A program made the position numbers and the translations under genes. Positions 1 to 12,018 of a stretch of DNA of 64,000 nucleotides are shown here, piece by piece; position 1 is the first letter of the stretch; every line of letters starts with the position of its first letter. The notes under the pieces were generated by a model, which saw nothing but the letters and a program-made list of their open reading frames with translations, was not told where the DNA came from and searched no databases. This stretch comes from Cyanophora paradoxa CCMP329 (taxonomy: Eukaryota > Plantae > Glaucophyta): assembly GCA_004431415.1 (NCBI GenBank), contig QPMI01000262.1, positions 1 to 64,000 on the forward strand. The letters run 5' to 3'.

Positions 1-2211
1 GATGAGCTGAAGGCCACCGCCAACGCGCTCGTCGCTGCGGGCAAGGGGTGCGCTTCTGTATCTCCCTGGAATGCCGCCCGCGCGAAGCGGCGCGACCTGT
101 GCCGGCCGAGAATGCCGTCTGACGTGCTTGCAGCATCCTTGCCGCTGACGAAAGCACCGGGACCATCGGCAAGGTTGCATTTGAATTTGATGTTTCTCGA
201 TCCGCGCTCTCTTATAGTTTATATGATGATTCGAATTCGCCGCGCTCGAGCTCTCTGAGTCTGATTTCGCGCATATGCATGCGCAGCGGTTCGACAGCAT
301 TAAGGTCCGCGTCATCGCCTCGCATGGGCAGTGAAGAAGCCAGCGCACTATCAGGCATTTTTAACTCATCTTCCCAACAGGTCGAGAACAGCGAGCCGAA
401 CCGGTTAGTTATCGAGTGTGCACGTGGGTCTCGCTGCACTGCGGCTGACGCGCCGCGGCCGGCCGCAGGGCGGCATACCGCCACCTGCTCTTCTCGACTC
501 CGGGCCTGAACCAGCACATCTCTGGCGTGATCCTCTATGAGGTGCGGATGACGTATGAGGCTATTTCGATCTCACTGACGTGTGTGGGGTTGGGGGCCTG
601 CTGCAGGAGACGCTGTACCAGAAGGGCCCGGACGGGGCGCCGGTGGTGGAGCACCTGAAGAAGCAGGGCATCTACCTTGGCATCAAGGTCGACAAGGTGC
701 GACGCGGAGCCCCCCTGCGGCGCCCCGCCGAGCCCCGCTCGCTTCCCGTCCGACGCCGCGCCCCGCCGTTGCGCGGCGCAGGGCACGGTCGTTGTGGCCG
801 GCACGAGCGGGGAGACGGCGACGCAGGGGCTGGACGACCTCGACAAGCGCTGCGCGAAGGTTTGCGCTCTTCGATTTAGAGAGCGAGCCGTGCGGGCGCT
901 GAGGCGTGGAGGCGCGGCAGTACTACGCCGACGGCTGCCGCTTCGCCAAGGTTCTCCCGCCACGCCCCCGGGGCCCCCTCGTGCCCTCGCCCCGTCTCAA
1001 ATCCCCCGCAGTGGCGCGCCGTCCTCAAGATCGACACCGCCACCGGCTGCCCCTCGGACCTCGGTTCGCCACCTCGTTCGCGGGGCGCCCTGCGCCGCCC
1101 GCCCCCCGCCAACTGCGGCGCCGGCAGCCATCGCGGAGAACGCGCACGGCCTCGCGCGCTACGCCTCCATCTGCCAAGTGCGCCGTCCCCGCGCCGCCGG
1201 ACGCGCTTCGAGGCGGGCCGACGGGGCCGCCGCAGGCGAACGGCCTCGTGCCGATCGTGGAGCCCGAGGTAAGGGGCATGCGGCGCTGGCGGGGCGCAAC
1301 GAGGCCTCGTGCGCTGGCTGAGGGGTGCGGGGCTGGTGCGCGCTGCAGGTGCTGATGGACGGGCCGCACAGCATCGAGGCGGCGGCGGCGGCCACGGAGC
1401 GCGTGCAGGCCGCCGTCTTCGCCGAGCTCCAGCGCCACAAGGTGCCGCCCTCCCCTTCCCCCGCAGAGGCGAGCCCGGGGGAGCCCCGCGCGCCCCGCAG
1501 GTCCTCCTCGAGGGCATCCTCCTCAAGCCTGTCCGCCGCCCCGCCCCCGCCTCCTCGCTCGCCGCCCCGCCCCGCCTCACGCCCCGCCTCCAGAATATGG
1601 TCTGCCCGGGCTCCGACAGCAAGACCCCGTTCGACGCCAAGGCCATCGGCGAGGCGCGCGCCCCACCGCGCCCCGTCCCCCCCCCCCCCCCCCCCCCCCC
1701 CCCCGCCCCCTTCTGCGTCTCCGCTGAGGGAGGGGGCGGCAGGCGACGGTGCGGGTGCTGCGGCGGACGGTGCCGCCGGCGGTCCCCGGCATCGTCTTCC
1801 TCTCGGGGGGCCAGTCGGAGGAGGAGGCGTCGCTCGCCCTCAACGCGATGAACGCGGCGGCGCCCAACGCGCCCTGGCAGCTCTCCTTCTCCTACGGGCG
1901 CGCCCTCCAGCAGAGCTGCCTCAAGGCCTGGCGCGGTCCGCTCCCACCGGCGCCGGCCCGCCTCGCCCTCGCCCTCCCCGAGCCGCCCCGCAGGCGCCAA
2001 GGAGAACGTGGCGGCGGGGCAGGAGGCGCTCATGGGCCGCGCCAAGGCCAACGGCCTCGCCCGCTTCGGTGCGGGCCCCCCCCCCCCTTCCCCCCCCCCC
2101 CTCCCCCCCCTCTCATGCCTCTCACGGGCCGAGGGGACAGGCAAGTACGGCGGGTCGGGGGCCAACGGCGCCGGCAACGAGTCGCTCCACGTCAGCAACT
2201 ACACTTACTGA
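1..2211 (+). CDS. FBA: Class I fructose-1,6-bisphosphate aldolase (multi-exon, 5' end outside window)
   Basis: Spliced exons give [88 protein letters not shown] and the C-terminal [11 protein letters not shown] (stop ends 2211). Confidence 0.97.
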
Positions 2212-2476
2212 TCATGAGCCGCCCCGCCCGGGGCCCCCCGCTCCCCACGTCCCCCGCCGCTGCACGAGCTAGATCTAGGAACTTGGGACGCTCGTCGTAC
2301 TTGACTCGCAAAGTGTAGTGTCGCAGCATGCACAGGAGACTAGCGCCCGCGGCCTGCTGCAGTGCGCATGCGCTCAGCGGCTTGCATCTGTACTACGGTA
2401 CACATGACATGTACATGTGTGTGAAGCGCATGTAGATCATGATCATCAACTTGGCAATATTATTGAATCCATATCA

Positions 2477-4176
2477 TTGGGGAAGGACCCCCTTCCCCTT
2501 CCCCCACTTGCAATTGGGGGTGTTCGGGTGCCCAACCTAGGCCAAAATGAAATGTCCCGACCTCCCAAAACCCAAGTTTTCTCGCCGGATCCTAGCAAGG
2601 CATGTCCCTAGAAGTCCGGAAACATGTTCCGGGAGATCCGGGTCCCGTCAGGTCGACCAGGAATGGGCAATAACACATTTTCAAAAAATGCGATCTAGCG
2701 CCTCACCAAATGGCGATATATCTGCCGGACCGAGTGCGCCTGAATGCGCTTGATGCGCCCGACGAGTAATGTCATACATGCCGAAACCGGAGGGGCACAG
2801 GGTGGCCCGCTAGGCCGCCTCAAGTACCTGTTGTACCGGACGCCGAAAAAAAGTGCTCCTGAGAGTTTCGGCCGATATCGTGTTGCAGTACCCGTGCTTA
2901 GACGGCAAGCTAGCCGACAGGCTCGCTAGCTGGCCGACTAGCTGAGCTCCGGCTATAGCTAGCGGCTTGCTGGACTGGACCGCCTGCATGGGCAGGCGTT
3001 GCCAGCAGGCCGGGCAGACTGCAGCTGTGCGCATGCAGGCACCCGACGCCGCGCGCGGGCCCGCGCGCGCCCCTCGCTTTACCTACCCCGTTTCAAACCA
3101 GCGGCGGGCCCAGTCAGCTGCACAACGGTGGTGGACGAGGTTGCGGGGCCGAGCTGCCTTGCAACACAGCAGCAAGCGAAGTTCAGCTCTGCCCACACAC
3201 GCTGCTGGAAGCACTTGCACACGCTGCTGGAAGCACTTCACGCGCCCGCGACGCCACGTTCCGGTGCGCGCCCGGCTGTGGCCATGGCCTCTCGAGCGCT
3301 AGCTCGGTTTCTGATGGACTCCGGCTCAAGCAGATCTAGACTCCTGCTCGGCGTTGTCTAGCCCTTCAAGCGCCTCGAGCACGCACGCACGCGCACGCAC
3401 GCGTGTCTTGACCCGCGCGCGCGCGCGGCCAGCGACCCGCGCCGTAGCAGATGGAGGCGGCGTCGCAGTATTCGCAGCTGCTCCTAGCACGCCGCGCCGG
3501 GCTGGGCCTCGACCCCGCGCCGCGCGCCGCTCTCCAGGGCGCGCCCCGCCGCTGCTGGGCATGCTACGCATCTCACCCGGCTGCTGCCGCTGGGCCTCGC
3601 CCCCGCGCCGCCGCTGTACAGCATGTCTGGCGCGAGCTATGTGCGCAGGCTATGTGCAGGGCCCGGCGCCACCTGCCGCCCCGCCCGCTTCCTCGCCCGC
3701 CGCCCCGCCTGCTACTTCAGCTTCGAATTCAGCTTCGGATGCTTCAGCTTCGCCGACTCCAGTTTCGCCCCGCCGCTGCTGCTGCGCACGTGACCCGGCC
3801 GTCCCCGCTGGGCCCCGCCCCCGCTGGCCTCTGTCCGGGGCGAGCTGACGCCTCGGCTCTGCGTACGTGCAGGCTATGCGCAGGGCCCGGCGCCGGCGCC
3901 ACCTGTCTCTCCTCCCGCCGCCCGCCTCGCCACCCCACGTGCACCCGCCCGCCTCGCCACCCCGCCCGCCTCGCCCGCCCGCCCGCCTCGCCTTTCTGCC
4001 CCCCCCCCCCCCCCCCCCCCAGTACCCTGCAATGTGTACAAGTACCCCCACTTGCACCCCCACTTGGCGCACTTGCACATCAGGAAATAGCTAAACCTGC
4101 CCGTTCCTGCTCGGAACTTAGAGGTCCTTCCCCTCCAACAGGGCCACTGCGACAGCAGTGTCCCTGTTCCGTTCAT
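2477..4176 (+). mobile_element. Non-autonomous Helentron/HLE2 (DINE-1-like) element, copy A (divergent interior)
   Basis: 5' TTGGGGAAGGACC with an adjacent partial inverted repeat. 3' GGTCCTTCCCC, then hairpin AACAGGGCCACTGC-GACA-GCAGTGTCCCTGTT, then CCGTTCAT. The first ~400 bp and last ~90 bp are homologous to the copies at 21.5-24.8 kb. Confidence 0.7.
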
Positions 4177-4818
4177 AGTATGTGGCCCAGTGGATATGAT
4201 CATGAGCGCTAGCCTAGCCTTGAACTTCGGGAATTCGGAATTAAATATTCGAAACCTTGAAGGCGCCGGGCGCTCTCATGCCATGATGATCAGAGTCTAG
4301 ATCTAGATCTGCACTCCACTGGGCCATGTGAATCGATATGCATGCATATGATCGATCAATTGCAAGTTTACTGCAGCCGCTAGCGCTGAGCTGCGCATGC
4401 AGTACTAGTGCCGCGTGTGCGCATGCCAGTCATCGCCAGGCTGCCAGGCTTAGTGCACGCGTACGGATACGTGCCAGTCACTGAGTCCTGACTCAGTGCA
4501 CGTGAGTCACTGATCATGAGTCCGCCGCGGCCGAGTCCGACGGTCACCGTGGCACTACCGCAGTGCGGCATGCGCATGGCGTACGTGTGCGTGTGTGCGT
4601 TCTACAGTTACCAAGTTGATCATACAGGAAGCCGCGGCCGCGGGCAGCGATGCGAAGCTGAAATTAGATTGCAATACAACGATACTCTCGCACATGCACA
4701 TGCATGTGGAGTAAATTAAAACGCGCGGGAAAATGTATAAATGTATACGTAACTAGTCAAATAGATGCTACTCAGCTGCCCTCTTACTGCTGCATCTCTA
4801 CACCGCTCCTACCTATAG

Positions 4819-7800
4819 CTAGCCCCCCATGAGGGTGGAAATGGGGATGGAAAGGGGCGTCAGAGCGGGGCGGCGGGGGCGGCGTCGGGCTCTGGGCGGC
4901 GGTGCCGGTGGGGTCGGTGGTGCCGCCGCGTCCCGCTGTGTTGCCGCTCGCCGCGCGGCTCGCCGTCCCCGTCCTGCGCGGCGCGCTCCTCTCAGCTCGG
5001 GGAGCTCGTGGGGTGCGGCGAGGGATGATAGGGGAGGGCGCACGTGCTTGGAGGAGCGGCTGTGGTGGCGGCGGTGGCGGCGCGACGCCTCGGGGGAGGC
5101 CTCGGGGGAGGCGCCGGGCCCCCCCGCCCCCGCCTCCTCCTGCTCGAGGTGCGGCCCCGGGTGCACGAGCCCCGCGAGGCTCCCCGGGGGCTCGGGGGGC
5201 GGCCCGCGCGAGAAGGAGGCGGCGCGGGGCACGAGGGCGACCGTCGCCCCGTCCGCCGACGCCGGCACGACCTTCACCGCAGTCGACCCGAGGCCGGCCG
5301 GCGAGCGCGCCCCGGCGACCGCCGAGCTGGGGGCCCGGGCGCGGGGGCCGGCGCGAGGGGAGGAGGCGGGGGAGCGGGGAGAGGGCCCGGCGGAGCCGGC
5401 CTCGAGGGGGACGACCCCCGTGAGGGGGAGGAAGTCGGGGTCCGCCCCGGGAACCTCGGGGCGCGCCCCGAGGGCCCGCCGCCCCGCCAGCAGCTCCCCC
5501 TTGGAGCCGCCCCCCGCCTCCTCCTCCTCCTCCTCCTCCTCCTCCTCGCTCGCGAGGGCGCCGAGCACGGCGCGGTGCGTGCGGTGCGTAGGCGAGGGGG
5601 GGCGGTTCTCGCGGAACCAGCGCGCGTCGAGGGCCAACTGGCTCGCCCCGCCCTCCTCGAACGCCGAGCGGTCGACTGCGGGTGGGGGAGTGGATGAGGG
5701 GCGGGGCGCGGGGCGGGGGTGGGAGGGGTGCGCGGGCGGGGCGGACGGGGCAGGGGCCTGTGGGAGGAGGAGGTGAGGGCGGCGTCGCCGGCGAGGGCGA
5801 AGGCCTCGCGGGGGGCCAGCCCCGCCTCCAGGCCCCCGCGCTCCAGCGCCAGCGCCCCCTCCAGCGCCCTCACCGCCACCCCGCCCCCGCCCCCGCCCCC
5901 GTCCCTGCCCTTCTCCCCGCGCCCCGAGGCCCCCGACGCCCCCGGCTCCTCCTCCTCCTCCTCGGCCGCCTCGTCGTCGGGGCGGAGGGCGGCCTCGGTG
6001 CCCCGGGCCACCATCTCCTGCACCACGTGCACGGGGGTCGGCCAGAAGGTGCGCTTGAGGCTGCGGGGGCCGGTGAGCGGGGCGGGGCGGGGGGCGGGGG
6101 GCAGGGCGGATGCGCGCTAGCTGAGGAGCAGGTCCGGGAGGGCGGCGACGAAGAGGGTGAGGAGGAGGGTGACGTAGAAGGGCCCGCTGGCGAGGAGGCG
6201 GAGGAAGACCCAGTGGACGTTGCCCATCATGCCGAAGACGAGGTAGGCGAGGGAGAAGGCGACGGCGAAGAGGAACCAGACGGCGATGGAGCCCCAGATG
6301 GTCACGTGCGCCAGCGGCGTCCACAGGCTCGTCTCCACCGCCACCTTGAGCGTCACCGTCAGGATGATGCACGTGTAGACCACCATCCCGTGCTCCCAGA
6401 TCCCGTCGTGGTTGACCCCGTCCGCCCCCGCCGCCGGCTTGCAGAGGGACCAGAGGGGCACGTAGAAGCAGACGGCGGAGTGGAAGATGCCGAGGGCGAA
6501 CCACTGGGCGAAGACGCGGGGGTTGAAGACCTGGTTGCGGAGGCCGAGCTCGTAGAGGCGGGGCCGGCGGAGGACGCAGCGCGCCGGCACGTCCTGGTCG
6601 AGCGCCGCGAAGACCAGGATGGGGAGCGAGGTGAAGATCACGTTGTACGTCGCGTACGGGCCCGAGTCGAAGATCGTCTGCCCCGAGAAGCCGCTCTGGA
6701 TCGCGAACCAGAACTGGCAGAGCGCGAAGCAGACGTTCTTGTAGAAGCAGTAGAGGATGAGCTTGGAGACGCGGTGGTAGGCCCAGCGCCCGTGCACGAG
6801 CAGGAGGCGCTGCAGGAAGCGGAACTGGGCGATCGCGTAGTCCGAGGACATGACGGCCTGCATGCCCTCGCGCCCCGAGATGCCGATGCCGATGTGGGCG
6901 GCCTGGATCATGGAGACGTCGTTGGCGCCGTCGCCGATGGCGAGGGTGATCGCCCGCGAGTTCTCCCGCACGAGCCGCACGACGAGGGCCTTCTGGATGG
7001 GGGAGACGCGGCAGCAGATGACCGCGCGGCACATGCTGGCGAGGTGCAGGAGGCGCAGCGCGAGGGCCCCGTCCTGCTCCAGGGCCTGCCGCAGGGGCCC
7101 CCCCTCGATGACGAGGCCCAGCTGCGCCCCCGTCTTCTCCAGCGCCCGCGCCCCCTCGCCCCCCTCGCCGTAGTACTCGATGGCCCGCTCGAGCTGCGCC
7201 CGCGTCTCCTCGAGCTCGGGCGAGTCGAGGAGGACGAGGGGCCAGGCGGCCTGGACGAGCTGGCAGGAGAGGCCGATGTTCACAGCCGTCTCCTGCTTGT
7301 CGCCCGTCAGCATCCAGACCTTGCAGCCGGCGCGCTGGAGCTGGCGGATGGTCTCGGGGACGCCCTCCTGGAGCTTGTCCTCGATGGCGGTTGCGCCGAC
7401 GAGGGCGAGGTCGCGCTCGATGAGCTCGGCGGCCTCCTCGAGCTTGGCCTCGCGCCCCTCGAGGGCGACCGAGGCGGCGTAGAAGGCCTTGTTCCACTCG
7501 TGGTACTCGTCGTGCCCGAGCTCCGCCTCCGCGAGCACCAGCGTCCGCAGGCCCTCGCCCGCGAAGCCCCGCAGCTGCGCCACCGTCGCCTCTACCTCCC
7601 CCGCCCCCTTGCGCAGCCGCGCGAGCACGACGTTGTCGGCGCCCTTGCAGAGGAGGCGGATGCGGCCGTCGGGGGCGCGGACGATGACGGACATGCGCTT
7701 GCGGGCCGAGGTGAACTCGAGGACGTTGAGGAGCTCGTAGCGGACCTCGCGCCCCTGCTCCCGCACCGTGATCGAGTCCGGCGTCCGCCCCACGAACTCG

Positions 7801-10122
7801 AACCGCACGTCCCGCGCCGCGCTGACGAGCGCCCCGTCGTCGGGCGAGGCCGCCTGGTAGATCGCCCGCCCGGGGTTCTTCGGGTCCTCCTCGGGGATCA
7901 CGGTGTGGCAGAGGGCGAGCAGGGCGAAGAAGGCGCGCAGGCGCTCCGAGGCGTGGCCCTTGCCCTCCAGGGCGCCCCGCAGGCGGGCGTCGGCCTCGCG
8001 GCGGGCGTCCTCCGCCGGCACCGTCGCGTCGTCGCTGGCGACGAACTCGTAGGGGAGGCCGGCGACGCAGCACTTGCGAAACTCCATGACGTTGCACGTG
8101 AGCGTCCCCGTCTTGTCCGAGAAGACGTACTCGACCTGCCCGAGCTCCTCGTTGAGGTTGGAGGTGCGGGCGAGGGCCGGCTGGTCGCTCTCCCCGTGGT
8201 ACATCGCCTCGTCCTGCTGGATGAAGTAGGCCTGGGCGAGCTTCACCAGCTCCGCCGACACGTACAGCGAGATCGGGATCATCACGTTGAAGAGGATCAC
8301 GAACCTGCCCCGGCGCGTCAGCGCGGCGGGGCGGGCCGGGGCGGGCGGGGCGGGGGCGGGGGCGGGACGCGCGTGGGGAACTGCATGAAGCCGACGGAGA
8401 CGGCGTCCTCCCAGCGGAGCTCGGGCCGCAGGTACCACGCCCCGGGCACGTAGCCTCGGATCCACAGCCCGCTCATCAGGCAGCAGAAGGCGCACAGCGT
8501 CATCTGGAACCCGAAGATCATCATCACCAGCTTGTTCATGATCCGCTCCAGGTGCGAGCGCTTCGCCACCGCCCGCCTGGCGCGCCCCCGTCAGCGGCGG
8601 GGCCGGCGGCGGCTGCCGGGGGCGGGGCGGGGCGGGGCGGGGCGGGCGGACGTCGAGTTGCGCATGAGCTTGGTGTCGACGCCGGTGAAGATCGCGAGGC
8701 CGTGCACGAAGTGCGTGTTCCGCAGGCGCGCCCCCTGCCCCCGCCCCGCCCCGCGTCAGGCCGCGCTCGCCCTCCTCCGAGGCCGCCGGGCGGTGCGGGG
8801 CGGGGCGGGGCAGGGTGCGGACGCGGAGGAGGATCTGGGTGGGGTTGAGGGGGATCTTGGTGCCTGGGACGAGCTCGATGGCGCCCTCGAAGGTGTACAG
8901 GCTGTTGTTCGGCTGCTCGCACTCCACCACCCCTGCAACCCGCCCCGCCCCTCAGCGCCCCGCCCCGCCCCGCCCCCCCCGCCCCTGCCGCCCGCACCGC
9001 GGAGGACGGAGAGCTCGCCCTCCGAGCGGATCTTCGACGTCGCCTGCAGTCCCTGCCTGATCTTTAAGTTCGTCTCCCTGCGCCACGCCCCCGCGCTCAG
9101 AGCTTGCCGCGCCGCGCCGCGCCCGCCCCGCCCACGGCAGCAGGCAGACCCGTCGAGGTTGGATGTCTCGATGTAGCACATGCCTGCACGCATACAAACG
9201 GGTGAGCGTAGGGCCGGGGAGGCGGGCGCGGGGCGGGGCGGGCCGGAGGGCTCGGAGGAGGAGACGAGGACGAGGTCGGCGGGGAAGGGCTGCTCGGCGC
9301 TGACGCGCACGAGATCTCCCACGACGATCTCCCGCCACGACACCGTCTGAAACGCTCCGCCACGCAGCACCTCCGCCGCCCGGCTGTTCGTCTCCCGGTC
9401 CGACCGGTGCCGCCGCTGCTTCCTTCTCAGGCCCCGCGCGCCCCGCCCCCGGCGCGCTGCGGCGCACCACATCCTCCACTGCTTCTTTCACCGCTGTCAC
9501 AGAGAGGACGAAAAGAAGCGGCATGATGCTCGTCCACGGGCTGATCGGCGAAAGCTTCGGCACGAGCTGTATGCACGCGATGACCAGGAAGTCTGCGGCG
9601 GGCGGGCGCCAGCCGTTAGCTGCGCCCAAGCACGCCGCAAGGCGCCCTCGCTAAGCCAGCGACGCACAGAAGTTGGCGATGCGCATGAACTGCGCAGCGA
9701 AGTCAGCGGGGCGGCACACGGTGGGGCTAGAGAGCTGGAGGCGCTTGGCGGGGCGGTGCTAACCTGCAGGAACAGGTTCTTCGGCAGGAAGTTGTACCAG
9801 GTGTACTTGGACGCTAGCGGCCACGAATCGTTAGAAAGTTGCCGGTCGTGGGCTCGGACGGGGCACGGGTCGCACTTGTGATGGAATTGTGCACAAAGCG
9901 GTGCTTAGCGTTCTCCTCCCCATTGTTGCAGCACACAACCCGCGGGACAAAGGTCTGACGAATAGGGGTTGCGGTCAGCAGCGAAGCGAAAGGGGCGCCA
10001 CAGGGCTCTCTGGCACGAGCTAGCTGCTGTGCGATGTGCTGCAAGCTCTCGCAGGCGCGGACCTTGGCCGGGTTCACTGCCTGGCCCGGCTGCGCGGCAG
10101 CCGGCGGCTTTGGTTCTGTCAT
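4819..10122 (-). CDS. P4-type ATPase (phospholipid flippase, ALA/DRS2/ATP8 family), multi-exon
   Basis: FVHNSIT, FLPKNL, ETSNLDG/ETNLK, IPISLYVS, YVFSDKTGTLT (phosphorylation site), ATAIEDKLQ, WMLTGDK, AIGDGANDVSMIQ, RLLLVHGRW. The low-complexity C-terminal tail makes the 3' end approximate. Confidence 0.96.
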
Positions 10123-10228
10123 GGCCGCGTGTCCGCGGCGTCTGGGCTCTAGACCATCAGCCTCTGCCTAACCCTATGCTCGGCCACTTGCTTCAGCTAA
10201 CTGTACCCCTTGCTGCTTGGAAAAAAAG

Positions 10229-11923
10229 ATGGCATTCGCCTCTCATGGCCCCGTAGCGCTCGGCGCTCGCGGATCGGCGTTCCTTGGAACAGCTGGCGGT
10301 CCACATCAGCCAGCGTGCGGCGCAGCACATGGCCGCCACACGGCGCGGCAGCGGCGGCGGAGGCCGGTGCCTTGCAGCACCTGCGTGTGCCGATTCGAAT
10401 CGAGCGCACCGGCGCCGAGCTCGTCGGCTGAGGGACACACGTCGCCGCACGCGCTGAACGAGCCAGCACCTTCGACACGGCGGAGAGCTCTCGTCTCAGC
10501 CGTCGCTTACGCAGGCCTGGGATTGCTGCTCGCACCAGGACAGGCGCGCGCCGCGGGGAGCCTGGAGCAGCGTTTTGCGCAGAACATCCTCGCAAACCCG
10601 GGGACGGCGCGGTGCGCTTGCTCCGCGGCTGGCTCTCGTCGGTGACACGTCGTCGACTCGCGCAGCTTCCCGTCCGAGCTTTACTACCCCGACTGGTTCG
10701 AGGTGCGCATGGTCCGGTGGCAGGGGCAGGGGGTGCAGGTTGGGCGGCGGCACCGCGGTTCCGCGCCCCGGCGCGCCGACAAAGGGGAGCACAGGGGGAG
10801 TGGGAGGTCTCGGCTACCTGCACGGGCTTCGAGGCGCCGCAGGCGCGGCCCCCGCCCAAGCCGCCGCCCCGCGGGGGCCGACGGAGCGCAGGGGGAGGGG
10901 TACGTGGATGAGGAGACGCTGCGTACGGGGCGGCTGGACGTCGAGCGGGGTCCCGTGCGCTACCTGCTCAGCTTCTACACCCTCGCCCAGGCCCCCTTTG
11001 GCTCCCCCGCGTACGGCCCGGCCCCCTCCCCCCCTCCCCCCCTCCCCCTCAACCCCCCCCCCCCCCCGGGGATCGAACGTGAGGGGTGCAGGAGCATCGG
11101 GGGGGTTCTGGGGCGGCGCGGGGCCGGGGGCCGGGTGGTGGGGGACCGGGCGGCGAACATGGAGGCGATCACGAACGCGTACGCGGGGCGGCGCATCGTC
11201 CGCAAGGCCGGCCCCCGCCCCCCTTGGCCTTCGCAGGGCGCGCCGTGAGCGGGGCGGGCAGGTGACATACGACCCCGGCCAGCCGACGCGCCTCTCCGTC
11301 CAGCTCCTCGGCTCCAACCGCTGCGAGGCGGCCGCCCCGCCCCCTCCGGCGGCCAACTCCTCATCCTCCCCGCTCACATGCGCCCCTCAGATCTACCTGA
11401 ACAAGCGGGCCGGGGAGGAGGCGGCGGGTGAGGCGGGCAGTTACTACACGAGCGAGTCGCTGCGGCAGATCCTCCTCCGCGCCGAGAACGACCCGCGCGT
11501 CACCGTGCGCCCCGCCAGCGCCGTGCCGTGCCGGGGCGGTGCGCGAGGGGGAGGCGGGGCAGGACTACGAGCTGCTCACGCGCTGGCGGCGGGACGCCGA
11601 CGACCCCGCCTTCGTCTCCGCCACGCAGAAGATTGCCGTGCGCGCCGGCCCCCCGCCCCCGCGCCCCCGCGCCCGGCGGCCGCCCTCACGCGGCTCCCCC
11701 AGGTCTACATGACGCCCCTCGACGGGCGCTTCTTCGAGACGGGGGGGAAGAACGTGCGCGGGCAGCGCCGGGCGGCCCCACGAGGCGCGGCGGCAAGCGC
11801 GGGGCGGCTGACGCGCGACGCGCACAGGTCGGCCTCTTCACCTACGAGCTCGCCATGCGTCGCAGGGGCGACTACGATTACGCCGCCCGCGGCAAGCGCG
11901 CCCCCGCACCCGCACCCCGCTAG
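10229..11923 (+). CDS. DUF6816-like plastid (thylakoid lumen) protein, multi-exon
   Basis: MAF transit peptide, then twin-arginine signal TRRRALV...ARA. Mature motifs LYYPDWF(E)GEWEV and DRAANMEAITNAYAG resemble the cyanobacterial/plant DUF6816 family. Confidence 0.7.
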
Positions 11924-12018
11924 GCCCCCTCCCCGCACCGCCTCTGCTTCACGATTTCGGCGGTCGTTCTTTCGGGGCTGGAGGGGGGCGGGGCGGGGGG
12001 GTGTGGGGCGGGGCCCGC

